DNA of 64,000 nucleotides from a virus. The notes beneath the pieces are model-generated. The model ran no database searches, was not told the DNA's origin, and saw only the letters and a list, made by a program, of their open reading frames with translations. Positions 9,448 through 19,101 of this stretch are shown piece by piece. The stretch is from the IMG/VR virus record IMGVR_UViG_3300025133_009393. One strand, written 5' to 3'. The position numbers and the translations under genes were made by a program. Every line of letters begins with the position of its first letter. Position 1 is the first letter of the stretch.

Positions 9448-9475
9448 AAACTAAGAACGAAAACAAAAAAGTTAA
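9448..9475 (-). promoter_or_regulatory. Weak sigma70-like promoter of the polA-like gene
   Basis: TTAACT-16 nt-TAGTTT, then GGAG SD. Confidence 0.4.
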
Positions 9476-10971
9476 TAGCTGCCGGCGCCAGAAGTAGATC
9501 CGATATCAGGCAAGGTACTTATTTCTACAGCCACAGTATCTTCAGAGGCAGAAGGAGCAATTGTTTCAACCGGAGTGCCGGTTTCTATAACTTTTCCAGT
9601 CGGCATTTGAATTCTAAATCTCTTGGCTGGATCTTCTCCTACTTCCATGCTTCTATCTAGCCACCGTTTACCACCCAAAACATTAAATTTTGTTTTCTCG
9701 TGGCCTGCAACCCTCTTGTTTATATGTTCGAGGGCATGAATAAAAGTTTTTTTGCGTATAATCTTTGCTATGTGAAAAAACTCTTTTTCTATATTTGGTT
9801 TAACGCCAATCTCAGCAAAGCGTGCTCTCATATATATTAGCAACCAAAAGTTAGGACCATACCTCTCTATGAAACTATCTGGCATTCCGCCGTTGATATC
9901 TATTTCTCCTATCTCTTCTCTAAAGAATTTAAGTGTAGGGTGATCTAGAGTTCTACTATAGATAGACATCGAAGGTCCGTGGCCTCTTATTTTTGCACAC
10001 TGATTTTGGCTAAAAAGAACATATGGCGAAGAAGCAATAAAAGAGTTATAAAATTGAAACATAAATCTTCTAAATAAAAAGATATCGCCGCCGCTCAAAT
10101 CGTTCCACTCATCCCCCAGGTGTGTCTTATAATATAATTGTTCATGGGCTGTCATTCCAGAATTAACATACTTATTTATGTATTGATATAAACCACTTTC
10201 CTCCTCCCTGTCTGGAAAATTAGCCTGCGAAGGAAAAGGCTTGACTTTGTATTTATGCCTTGAATTTAAATTAGCTACCAAAGTCCAAGGAGCATTTTTG
10301 TCGATGTAAAAGCCAAACTTTCTAGCAGCATTTCGAAAGAAAGCATAATTTGGATCATCATATATGGTGCTGCGATGTTTGGCATACTCATCATGATCGA
10401 ACCCGGCAATTTCAACGACCAAGCCGCTAACATGAGGGGGGCATCTGCTAGATTTGACAAATGCAGTTCTAGTAAATGGAATATCTGGCGCAAGCTGCTC
10501 GACATACTGCATGAATACTTCCATAAATTTCGTAAAATTAGTAATTCTTTTGCTTCTTCCTCTTTTCTTGAGATAGGAGCCAACAAAGTTTTGATAAATC
10601 TCTGCCATATGATCCAAATATAAATTTGGAAGACTTTGCCATCCTTTTTTCGGTCTCAGCGTTACAAAGTGAGTTGGCAAATTCGTAGGTATCTTGCCAT
10701 AATAAGCTGCTTTCGCAAAATGCTTGCGCAAGTCTTTAAAAGCATCGGCTACAAAGTTTACTGCGTATACATCTTTTAAGCCGCCTTGTAGTTGTCTAAT
10801 ATTGCTCTCCCTCAGACACAAAGAATCGCCATTTGAGTCGATCTTACCATAAAGAGATTGCTCGTAAAAGAAGTCAATATATTCATAATCGTTTGGATAT
10901 GTTGTAGAAAAATTATCAAAGCTAGCCTTGAAAGCTTTCTCATCTTCAAATTTATCCAAAGTAGTGGTCAT
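9472..10971 (-). CDS. Hypothetical protein at the end of the tail/baseplate operon
   Basis: 499 aa ORF, GAGG SD, CTATTTA motif at 10994-11000. Confidence 0.7.
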   Translation of the reverse strand: MTTTLDKFEDEKAFKASFDNFSTTYPNDYEYIDFFYEQSLYGKIDSNGDSLCLRESNIRQLQGGLKDVYAVNFVADAFKDLRKHFAKAAYYGKIPTNLPTHFVTLRPKKGWQSLPNLYLDHMAEIYQNFVGSYLKKRGRSKRITNFTKFMEVFMQYVEQLAPDIPFTRTAFVKSSRCPPHVSGLVVEIAGFDHDEYAKHRSTIYDDPNYAFFRNAARKFGFYIDKNAPWTLVANLNSRHKYKVKPFPSQANFPDREEESGLYQYINKYVNSGMTAHEQLYYKTHLGDEWNDLSGGDIFLFRRFMFQFYNSFIASSPYVLFSQNQCAKIRGHGPSMSIYSRTLDHPTLKFFREEIGEIDINGGMPDSFIERYGPNFWLLIYMRARFAEIGVKPNIEKEFFHIAKIIRKKTFIHALEHINKRVAGHEKTKFNVLGGKRWLDRSMEVGEDPAKRFRIQMPTGKVIETGTPVETIAPSASEDTVAVEISTLPDIGSTSGAGSY

Positions 10972-11017
10972 TGCGCTTGCCCTCGTTATATTCTAAATAG
11001 CATGCCATGTGAATTAT

Positions 11018-14000
11018 TTACTTAGGACCCATATAGTGTGGAGAATTTGGATCTTGAGAGGGCGGAAGTTGTTGGGCAATAGAAGGAGGGGGCGTTGAAG
11101 CCGGCTGGGCGTTGCCGGCGGTGGCGAAGGCGAGGCCCAAATCTTTTGCAGAAGCGTTGAACTCGGCCGTCGTCTTTGCGACGGCGGCCTCATCAGCTAA
11201 TTTCTGTTTGTGGGCTTCCGGAATAGAACTCTTATCTCCGCGGGCGAGGGCCATGGCCTTGGCCGCCTGCCGGCCCTCAGCAGTTCTTGGATCAACATTC
11301 GCCTCGACACCCTGTTCTACTACTGATCCTCTGCTGGCCGTAAGACGCTTAGGTCTTTTTATTTTCGAGCCTCCTCGGCCGCCAATAATGCCATCATTAA
11401 TGCCCTCCAGGCGCGTCTCAAATCGGCCTGGCTCAATTATATTCTCAACCTTTGTGATAAAGACATAGCCAGCCATTCCTAATTTCATGGTTAAAGAGTT
11501 TCTCCTCGCCGGGCCTCCGCCGGCAACGCGAGGGTGAATATAAGCATATTGGCCAGGCCTGAACATAGTTGATCCAATCGATTTTATGCTAACTTTATAT
11601 TGTTCTCTAAGCTGTGCGCTAATAGGGTCAATTCCCTCCATTTCAGATCTGGCCTCTTTCACGTAAGGTTGATCAGTTTTTTCATAAGATATGGATTTCA
11701 ATAATCCGCGATCTGCACCGATAAAAAAGTGATATATACCAGAAACTGAATCTCTTTTAACATTTCCCGTCAACCCTGGAGATGGGGCATTGTGAGCATA
11801 AATAAAATTATAAGAAAACAAACGCCCAGCTCCGGTAGTAGTGGCTACATGAATATTGGGATGCTTACCGATTTTTGATATACTATTTATCCTCCTGTTA
11901 CGAGGCACCCTGTCCCTATTTAATTTTTTACCTTCGCCCGGGCCTTCTAAGTAACTTACATGTAGTTTTGGCTTTGTGGGGTACCCCATAAAACAAGAAG
12001 GACTGAGGGCGGAAAGAACTAGATCGTTAATAACGTCTTTTATGAAGAGATCGATTGGCCATGTCTCTCTTTGTGGCTTGATCGCTTTATTGTTGTACCA
12101 CTGTAAAAATAAGATTAGTGATACCGGAACATCTGCTAAATTAAATGCGCGAACGGCACCTGTTAGCGGATCAATAAAACTAACCTCACCTAACAAATAG
12201 CGAAGTGTGGCGGACGCAGGCTTTTCTTGGCCTAGAGTATTACCTAGCAAACTGAAAGCAACTTCTAACAAATCGCCTAGAAAAAAGAAATTAATTCTAT
12301 ATTGCCCTGCTGGTTTTCCTGCCTGCAATATTGTCTGTGCCGAATCAACATTCGCGTTCAACGCATCTTCGCGACCCTTGTCGGTTTCGGCTTCCTTTTC
12401 CGGAATTCCTCCACTGGCGTTCTGCATGGCCTTCGCAACGTTACCGGCGGCCGTGCCGGCTTGTCCAGCTGTGGCTTGAAGATTTCCTCCTCCCGGATTT
12501 GCTTTTTGAATTATAATATTTTGTGGTCGTGTTCTAGGGGGTGATTTTTCCTTTCCTTTTGTCTTAGCTAAACCATACTTTCTTAGCATAGCAGATTGCT
12601 TTCTAGAGTTTTGGCCCTTTACCATCAAGCCTATATCTTCTGCTGTGACATCAATATAACGCATCGTACCCTTTTCATACAGCCTCTTTAGCAAAAGCTG
12701 ATATCTCGATGATTTTTGGTCGGATACAAATTTGTCCATGTCTTCTTCTAACCGTTCTACCTCCTCCATGTCGCGGGCAGCTTTGGTACTTAAACTAACA
12801 TTATCTTTACCTTGAACGCTTTCTGATCCGAGCGCGTCCAGAGCGTAGTCCTGCGCGCGTTCGAGGCCTTGGCCGATTTTATTCAGAAAGCCCTCGGTTT
12901 GCTCGGCGCGTGTTGTCGATTTCTCCGCTTTTGTGCGAGCTTTTTTTAATACCGCTCTCTTCTTTTCGACCGCTTTCTTGAAACTCTTGCCTAGATTAAA
13001 AATATCTGAATTTACATGACTTGTGTACGCCTCGATGATTCCTTGAAATTCAATTTCAACAGTACCAGAGCCATCCTCTTTAAAATTGAAGGCATGCTTT
13101 CGTAAAATCAACTGCATTGTAGTACTCTGCGATCTTAAAAAAGATTTCAGGGCAGCGCTGGCCATATCGTCGTCCTGTGTTGGTACCGACCAGCCGACAA
13201 GCACCTTGATTTCGAAAGCAGAAGGATCCCACTCATCCAGAGCCATTCCATATGGAGTTTTTACTTTTCTTACTCTGCCTCCAGGCTGATAAAGCAGCAT
13301 ATCCATAACCGTAGCATACTTTTTTCTGTCCAGGTCGGAAGGTTGTAAATCTTCTAAGTTGCGAAAAGACAAAACCAACTTGGCTTCAATATTTCTATCC
13401 ACTTCTACATCAGATCTACCAATAAAGCTCCAAACAAAACTTTTTATGCCAACGCCATCGTGGCGTCCCTTTGCGTTTGAAAAATATTCATCAATGCTTT
13501 TCTTTTTGGTATGATCTGAGAAAAGAATTTCTTTTGTTCTACCATATCTACTTTTTACGTAATCGACTTTAAAAAATCTAAGCTGCGGGTGTGAGCCTGC
13601 CACCTCAAACGGCTGTAAGTCTACAAAAGGCTGTATTTCTTCTGTCGTAGATATTCTAGTAACGACTCTCGAAGGATCTGCGGAAATACAAGTAAAGTAT
13701 TTCCCATAAGGAGTGTACATATTGGTAGGAACTATCTTCTCGTAATTATCGATCAGGAAACATTGCTCTTGAAAGCGCTGCTCAAGTCGGGCTTGTTCGC
13801 TATCTTTTATATATTTAGTTGTTTCTTCACCGGCAGCATTTGTTTCTGTGGTTTGATCTGATTTATCAGATTTATCTTTTTCTTCTATGGCGGCATCGAG
13901 GCCATTGACAGCATCTTTGAATGCTGGTATGCCGTTGCCGTCTCCTCCTGGGGGGCCCTTGGAAATATATGTTTCTAAGGGCAGGCCGGCCGCGTCGGCG

Positions 14001-14284
14001 AGGGGGCGACCGGACGCGTCAACGCTACCAACGGCGACATAAGTTCCAGAGGCGCCCGACTTGCGGATCGCTTCTTTGACTGCCTTCCGCATCACTTCTT
14101 TGTTTAAATGCTGCGCGCGGGCTTCGCCCTCACCTTGGCCGACGATCCCTTCAGAATATTTATCATAATTCTGAATCGCTAGTTTATTAGCTTCTTGGGT
14201 TATTTCCCCGATTGGAATCTGACTGGGTGGTGTTCCAGTTGTTTTTGAAGCTGAAGGCTCAATATATGTAAATTCTCTTGTCAT
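11018..14284 (-). CDS. Baseplate hub-like protein (gp27/VgrG/late-control-D-like)
   Basis: 1088 aa, follows the LysM/gp53-like gene; C-terminal G..FRPGQYAYI..GYVFITKVENII..FETRLEG pattern typical of hub proteins. Confidence 0.55.
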   Translation of the reverse strand: MTREFTYIEPSASKTTGTPPSQIPIGEITQEANKLAIQNYDKYSEGIVGQGEGEARAQHLNKEVMRKAVKEAIRKSGASGTYVAVGSVDASGRPLADAAGLPLETYISKGPPGGDGNGIPAFKDAVNGLDAAIEEKDKSDKSDQTTETNAAGEETTKYIKDSEQARLEQRFQEQCFLIDNYEKIVPTNMYTPYGKYFTCISADPSRVVTRISTTEEIQPFVDLQPFEVAGSHPQLRFFKVDYVKSRYGRTKEILFSDHTKKKSIDEYFSNAKGRHDGVGIKSFVWSFIGRSDVEVDRNIEAKLVLSFRNLEDLQPSDLDRKKYATVMDMLLYQPGGRVRKVKTPYGMALDEWDPSAFEIKVLVGWSVPTQDDDMASAALKSFLRSQSTTMQLILRKHAFNFKEDGSGTVEIEFQGIIEAYTSHVNSDIFNLGKSFKKAVEKKRAVLKKARTKAEKSTTRAEQTEGFLNKIGQGLERAQDYALDALGSESVQGKDNVSLSTKAARDMEEVERLEEDMDKFVSDQKSSRYQLLLKRLYEKGTMRYIDVTAEDIGLMVKGQNSRKQSAMLRKYGLAKTKGKEKSPPRTRPQNIIIQKANPGGGNLQATAGQAGTAAGNVAKAMQNASGGIPEKEAETDKGREDALNANVDSAQTILQAGKPAGQYRINFFFLGDLLEVAFSLLGNTLGQEKPASATLRYLLGEVSFIDPLTGAVRAFNLADVPVSLILFLQWYNNKAIKPQRETWPIDLFIKDVINDLVLSALSPSCFMGYPTKPKLHVSYLEGPGEGKKLNRDRVPRNRRINSISKIGKHPNIHVATTTGAGRLFSYNFIYAHNAPSPGLTGNVKRDSVSGIYHFFIGADRGLLKSISYEKTDQPYVKEARSEMEGIDPISAQLREQYKVSIKSIGSTMFRPGQYAYIHPRVAGGGPARRNSLTMKLGMAGYVFITKVENIIEPGRFETRLEGINDGIIGGRGGSKIKRPKRLTASRGSVVEQGVEANVDPRTAEGRQAAKAMALARGDKSSIPEAHKQKLADEAAVAKTTAEFNASAKDLGLAFATAGNAQPASTPPPSIAQQLPPSQDPNSPHYMGPK

Positions 14285-14318
14285 GGCATTTTTCCTTTGT
14301 TAACCATATCTTAATCGT

Positions 14319-14657
14319 CTATAGTTGTATGGTCTCCAAAAAAACTTCCAATTCAAGTGGTATTAAAATTTCGTCGCCGAACTCTAAATGCGCCTCAGTT
14401 GGAGCTTGATTTAGCCAGGCAATAACCCACCACAACTTTGGATCTCCATAGTGATAGTGCGCCAATTTAAAATATCTATCGCCCTGTTTCCACACATGCG
14501 TCAAGGTAGCCATATCTGCCACCTCCTCTACAGTAGGATGTCTTAGTTCCGGCGTAGAATAATGCCTGATGTATGGCACTCCTCTCTTGCGAAAATGCTC
14601 TTTATACATTCTCTCGCTATTTAAAACCTCATCTTGTAATACATATCTAGAAGTCAT
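14319..14657 (-). CDS. LysM-domain baseplate protein (gp53/tail X-like)
   Basis: HVWKQGDRYFKLAHYHYGDPKLWWVIAWLN..FGDEILIP. Confidence 0.82.
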   Translation of the reverse strand: MTSRYVLQDEVLNSERMYKEHFRKRGVPYIRHYSTPELRHPTVEEVADMATLTHVWKQGDRYFKLAHYHYGDPKLWWVIAWLNQAPTEAHLEFGDEILIPLELEVFLETIQL

Positions 14658-15676
14658 TATTTCGTTTCCCTCGTGCCGCCCTGATCAGAGCCAAAAACTT
14701 TCTTTTGCATTTTCTTTAGCAAACTGACAGATTTCTTATGTCGCCTTTTTTCTCTCTTTGACTTGTTGGCTCCCTTGCTATGTTTTTCTTTATATTTTCG
14801 CTCTTTTTCTGGCTGGCTTTCCTTACGAGCAAGGTCTGATCTAGCGGACGATCTGGAAGATTTTCTACCAGGAATAACTTCTTCACCAGATTCGGAGCCT
14901 TTATGAGCTGGATTGCCATCGAATTCTTCTTTCCCAGAGGTTGTGTCTCTAATAGCCTGCGCGTTACGAGCTTCAGAGGCTGAGTCGACAGCAGCATATC
15001 TTTGAGTTGGGCTAGTTGGTGCCGGGACCGAGTTATTTAAATTGTATGGAAACCTATTCATGCCCTCTTCAAGATTGCCTTTCGAATCACTTCTGGTCTG
15101 CCTTCCCGACCACCCCAGGCTATGTTGATGTATCACGGCAAAATCGCAACTAAGCTCAATCAGTTTTGGATAAAGCATTTGGTTGCCACCCTCATCTCCC
15201 AAGACAAATCCTGGATCTAATACTGGATTAATTTGCAGGCCGCTCATCGCACCGGCCAATCCACAATCTGCTGCGGAACCGCCGGAAATACCAGCAGAAG
15301 TATCGACTATTAAATTTGCAAATTTGATTTTTATTATCGGAGTGCCTTTAATTGCAGCTGCATTGCCTCGGGATCGCTCATAAGCAGGGTATAGCATAGA
15401 GGCCAAAAGAGAACATCTGCGCAAATTCTCTCTTGCCTCCTCTGCAGAGTAAGCAGGTATCTGCCAAGCAAGCGACATCCTTCTTTTTGTACCCTGATAG
15501 ATTTGAAATGGATCCATGCGTCCGTATACCGCCTCCTCGTTATATGTACTCTGAAACGAATCAGTCATACCGGTTAAAAAAGCCTTAAAGGCAACGCGAG
15601 TGGTCGAAGGAACATGATAAAAGTCTAGTACTGTGCCACCTCCGCGCTTATAATATGAATTTGATGCATCAGCCAC
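14657..15676 (-). CDS. Tail tube initiator / baseplate-tube junction protein (gp48/gp54-like)
   Basis: VYGRMDP..YQGTKRRMSLAW, LYPAY, PIIKIKFANL; lies directly after the tape measure gene. Confidence 0.6.
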   Translation of the reverse strand: MADASNSYYKRGGGTVLDFYHVPSTTRVAFKAFLTGMTDSFQSTYNEEAVYGRMDPFQIYQGTKRRMSLAWQIPAYSAEEARENLRRCSLLASMLYPAYERSRGNAAAIKGTPIIKIKFANLIVDTSAGISGGSAADCGLAGAMSGLQINPVLDPGFVLGDEGGNQMLYPKLIELSCDFAVIHQHSLGWSGRQTRSDSKGNLEEGMNRFPYNLNNSVPAPTSPTQRYAAVDSASEARNAQAIRDTTSGKEEFDGNPAHKGSESGEEVIPGRKSSRSSARSDLARKESQPEKERKYKEKHSKGANKSKREKRRHKKSVSLLKKMQKKVFGSDQGGTRETK

Positions 15677-15695
15677 TTATAATTTCCTCTTTCAA

Positions 15696-18482
15696 CTAGG
15701 CTCCGGAGGCCTGCTTGACAGCTTTTTTAACCAAGGGAACGAAATCATGCTCTCCTATTTGTAAGTAGAACGTATACTCGTTTTTGCCAATACCTGCTTG
15801 GCCGCGGCCAGTTGTTGTTCCAGGAGCTGCAGCCGTCGTAAGGGCACCAGGGCGGTTGGGGCCCTCGGCAGCTGACATCGCTCCTGGCGCAAACTTAGTT
15901 GCCATAGCTGGAGATGTTATTTTTTCAGCTGCAAATCCAAATTTTTCAGTGGCATTTGCAAATTCAATATAAGTATTGATCTTTTTACCTTCCATACCTT
16001 CAGCCAAGCTAGCCAATTCAGTGACATGTTCTTTCATATTAGCCAAGTTTACGCCGCCGGCTTTTGCGATCTTGCCTAGTCCGCCAAACATTTCTCCCAG
16101 AGCAGCCACACCGTTATTATCAAACGTTTTCATAGCTAGGCCAATCATGGCAATACCAGCTGCCATTGCTGCGAAGCCGCCAAGAGCAAGATACGCGACG
16201 ATGGCCATCTTTGCAGCTGTGAAAGCAAGAATTGCCATACCAGCTGACATTGCTAGCATGCCCAAGCCAGCTTCAATTGCGTTGTTACCTAGCATTGTAA
16301 AACCTAGAGCTATTAAATAGATACTACCACCGATCATTAACATCGCAGCGCCGACGGCCAACAAGGGCAGCGAAGCAATAGCGCCGGCTTTGGCCACAAA
16401 CAGCATGCCTATGGCCAGCGCACCCATTGCCCCAATCAGACCAAAAATTACTGGAATGGCGGCTCCGGCGCCTTTGTCAAATTGTTGAAAAGCGCTGGCA
16501 AGAGTAAAGAATGCCTCTGCAACCAAATATACAGCAGCGCCGAAGCCGGCTAACGCAACACCAACAGCAGCAATTGTTGCCGCCTTGCCCAACATGGCTG
16601 CATTTTTAGCAGCTCCAGCAGCTCCAGCTACGCCGCCGGCTGTTTGTGCAGCATTAAGCTCAGTCTGCGCGACGACTTCTGCCTGTATCAATCCAATTCG
16701 TGTATTTCTTGCAGCTACATCGGTTGCATCATCAACTTTTCTTTCAGTGGCGGCCGCCATGCGCGCAATATTCTTGACCATGTCGGCGGCTGTTTCGGCG
16801 GCTGTGAGGGCGAGGCCTCTTTTTTTCCACAGCACTATCCCTCGCCACACGACGGCCATGAAGACCAAACTAGGCACCAACCCGCCGGAGAGCATATCAT
16901 TGAGTTTTGAAAATCCTACAAGAAGGTCGCGGGCCTTCTCGACGATTGGCTGAAGGTCGGCAGCAAAATTTTGCAAGATAACTTGTCCCATTTTAAATGT
17001 ATCCATAGCCTTCGAGGCCTGCTCTTCCATTCGTTTTGTCGAAGCAGCATTTAAGTTTTGTTTAGATATCATGTCATCATAACCAGACAAGCCCTGCTTA
17101 AGCATTGTTTGCGCCAAAGCCATATCCTTGATACCGGCAGCTGCCGCAAAAGCTTTAGGTCCAAATTTCGTTGCCAACAATTCAGCCTGCATGCCTGAAG
17201 CTTCAATTGATTCCAGGGTCATTCTTATTCTTTCTTCTTCGCTAGCTTGCATCATTTCAACAGTGCCTATATACTGGCCGCCTAAGAGCGCATTCATTCT
17301 AGCAGCTGCTGTGGCGGCGCCTTCAAATTGATCAAATTGAGATGTAAAGTCTAGCTGCGCACCTACTGTAGTTTTCAACGCAACAGCAGAAGCCGATATT
17401 TTGCCAAAAACTTCCATCATTTGATCGCCATAATGAGCCAGCTGGCTAGCAGCCTGAGCGAAATCTTCTTGTATTGCTTTGGCTGATTTTCCAATACTGT
17501 CTGCCAATCCGTATAACTGTTTTGTTAGTTTTTCAGCTTGTGGGCCTGTTTTTCCTAGGGCACCCATCATAAAATTGATGTTCTTTGATGCAATGCCGGC
17601 ATCAACACCCGATTTTTCTATGACGGCGACCAAATTTGACATTGAGTCTTGTGCCTCTTTCGCCATAAAGCGAAATCCACCAATAGTAGAATCCAATGCC
17701 GCATAAGCAGCTGCCGATTCCTGCACGGAAATTCCATTCCTCTGGTTAGAGAAGGCCATTCGTCGTATTTGCTCATCATACTGGCCGCCCGAAGAAGTTG
17801 CTTTTTCAAATCCAGCAATTGCAGTTGCATTTGTCACCATAAGCGACAATGTCGCTTCTTGTAACTTCATTGCAGCTGAGCCGGCAATATTATCCATATT
17901 GAACTGTACTCTCAAGCTCTTGCCGACTTCTTTAATTGTCTGTCCAAATGAAGCAGTACCGGTTTTGGCAACTAGAAAGCTGCCTACCAGTGTTCCCTTC
18001 CAAGATTCAGTAACCGTTGCCAGTTCGCCGACAGCATCAGCTATTTTTTCAGCTTGGCTAACCAGCGCTGCTTTTGCTCTAATCTGCTCATGGTGGAGCG
18101 CGATTTGTTTTTGGAGATTTTCCAGTTGTTGGTCGTCAAGTGCTAGAATCTCACTCATCATATTGCGTTGTTCAATGAGCGCTGCGCGCTCGGTTGAACT
18201 CAACTTGGCCATCTCTTCTGCATTTTGCTGTAATTTGTTTATGCTTTTCAGCTCGACGGCAGCTTTTTCTTTGACGGTTTCGAGGTCGCCTTCTACGAGA
18301 CTATGCATTTTCTCTGCATTTTCAACCAAACTTTGAAGAGTTTCTAATTCAGCTTGGCGGCCTAGAAATATTTCGCCTTGCATTTCTCGCAAACGAACAT
18401 TAGCATCAGCAAGAGTTCTTGTACTCTCTACTTGCTGGGCTAGTAAATCTGCCTTTAGTTGTTCAACTGTTTCGTCGGCCAT
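15696..18482 (-). CDS. Tail tape measure protein
   Basis: 928 aa, Ala/Gly-rich, helical, with hydrophobic repeats; position after tube and chaperone genes. Confidence 0.85.
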   Translation of the reverse strand: MADETVEQLKADLLAQQVESTRTLADANVRLREMQGEIFLGRQAELETLQSLVENAEKMHSLVEGDLETVKEKAAVELKSINKLQQNAEEMAKLSSTERAALIEQRNMMSEILALDDQQLENLQKQIALHHEQIRAKAALVSQAEKIADAVGELATVTESWKGTLVGSFLVAKTGTASFGQTIKEVGKSLRVQFNMDNIAGSAAMKLQEATLSLMVTNATAIAGFEKATSSGGQYDEQIRRMAFSNQRNGISVQESAAAYAALDSTIGGFRFMAKEAQDSMSNLVAVIEKSGVDAGIASKNINFMMGALGKTGPQAEKLTKQLYGLADSIGKSAKAIQEDFAQAASQLAHYGDQMMEVFGKISASAVALKTTVGAQLDFTSQFDQFEGAATAAARMNALLGGQYIGTVEMMQASEEERIRMTLESIEASGMQAELLATKFGPKAFAAAAGIKDMALAQTMLKQGLSGYDDMISKQNLNAASTKRMEEQASKAMDTFKMGQVILQNFAADLQPIVEKARDLLVGFSKLNDMLSGGLVPSLVFMAVVWRGIVLWKKRGLALTAAETAADMVKNIARMAAATERKVDDATDVAARNTRIGLIQAEVVAQTELNAAQTAGGVAGAAGAAKNAAMLGKAATIAAVGVALAGFGAAVYLVAEAFFTLASAFQQFDKGAGAAIPVIFGLIGAMGALAIGMLFVAKAGAIASLPLLAVGAAMLMIGGSIYLIALGFTMLGNNAIEAGLGMLAMSAGMAILAFTAAKMAIVAYLALGGFAAMAAGIAMIGLAMKTFDNNGVAALGEMFGGLGKIAKAGGVNLANMKEHVTELASLAEGMEGKKINTYIEFANATEKFGFAAEKITSPAMATKFAPGAMSAAEGPNRPGALTTAAAPGTTTGRGQAGIGKNEYTFYLQIGEHDFVPLVKKAVKQASGA

Positions 18483-18495
18483 AGAAGTTTAAATC

Positions 18496-18840
18496 CTATT
18501 CAAATGGCCATTTAAGACCAGTCTTTCTTTCAAATTTGCGCGTAGCTTGATCAAGCTTAGCTTTGCTCTTATAAGTTTTTGCATCGTTTAAACCAAATTC
18601 AGAAACTGCATCTAAATATTTTTTCTCTCCTACCAGCGCGGTGCTAAAAGCCTGAACCTGGGAAGGGGTACCTTTGATTCGAACGTTGGAAGGGATTCCA
18701 GCTTCTCTCCAAAACATTCTTCGAAGAATATGCTTAATTCCGTATCCCAACAATCCTAAAAAGCTCTCGTTTACTTCGCCTCTGCTTTTTGCATTTAAAT
18801 CAATTACGATTGGGGCAAAATTATCTTCTTTAATATCCAT
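18496..18840 (-). CDS. Hypothetical protein
   Basis: 114 aa, GGAG SD, ACTATTTA motif at 18865-18872. Confidence 0.7.
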   Translation of the reverse strand: MDIKEDNFAPIVIDLNAKSRGEVNESFLGLLGYGIKHILRRMFWREAGIPSNVRIKGTPSQVQAFSTALVGEKKYLDAVSEFGLNDAKTYKSKAKLDQATRKFERKTGLKWPFE

Positions 18841-18878
18841 AAAATGTCTCCAACTCTTATAGAATAAATAGTTGTTTA

Positions 18879-18909
18879 TAAAATAAAAGACCAGACATAA
18901 GCCTGGCCT
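18879..18909 (-). terminator. Rho-independent terminator after the gp51-like ORF
   Basis: AGGCCAGGC-TTAT-GTCTGGTCT followed by TTTATTTT, immediately after the TAA at 18910-18912. Confidence 0.75.
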
Positions 18910-19101
18910 TTATCTTCTTGCCTTTGAGGCCGCTTCTTCATGAGCCTCTTTTTCCATCTCAAATTGCTTTTGCAATCTTTGTACATACCACATTCGAATT
19001 ATAGTTGGCAAGTTATATGCTTCCAAGAAACCCCATCCACCATGGTATTTCAATAAAAACAATTGCTCATATACATTCTGAATATAATCACTACTTAGGC
19101 C
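18910..19101 (-). CDS. gp51-like tail/baseplate chaperone segment without its own start codon (frameshift extension of the upstream gene)
   Basis: GLSSDYIQNVYEQLFLLKYHGGWGFLEAYNLPTIIRMWYVQRLQKQFEMEKEAHEEAASKARR*, in the +1 frame relative to 19091-19957. Confidence 0.75.
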   Translation of the reverse strand, partial: GLSSDYIQNVYEQLFLLKYHGGWGFLEAYNLPTIIRMWYVQRLQKQFEMEKEAHEEAASKARR

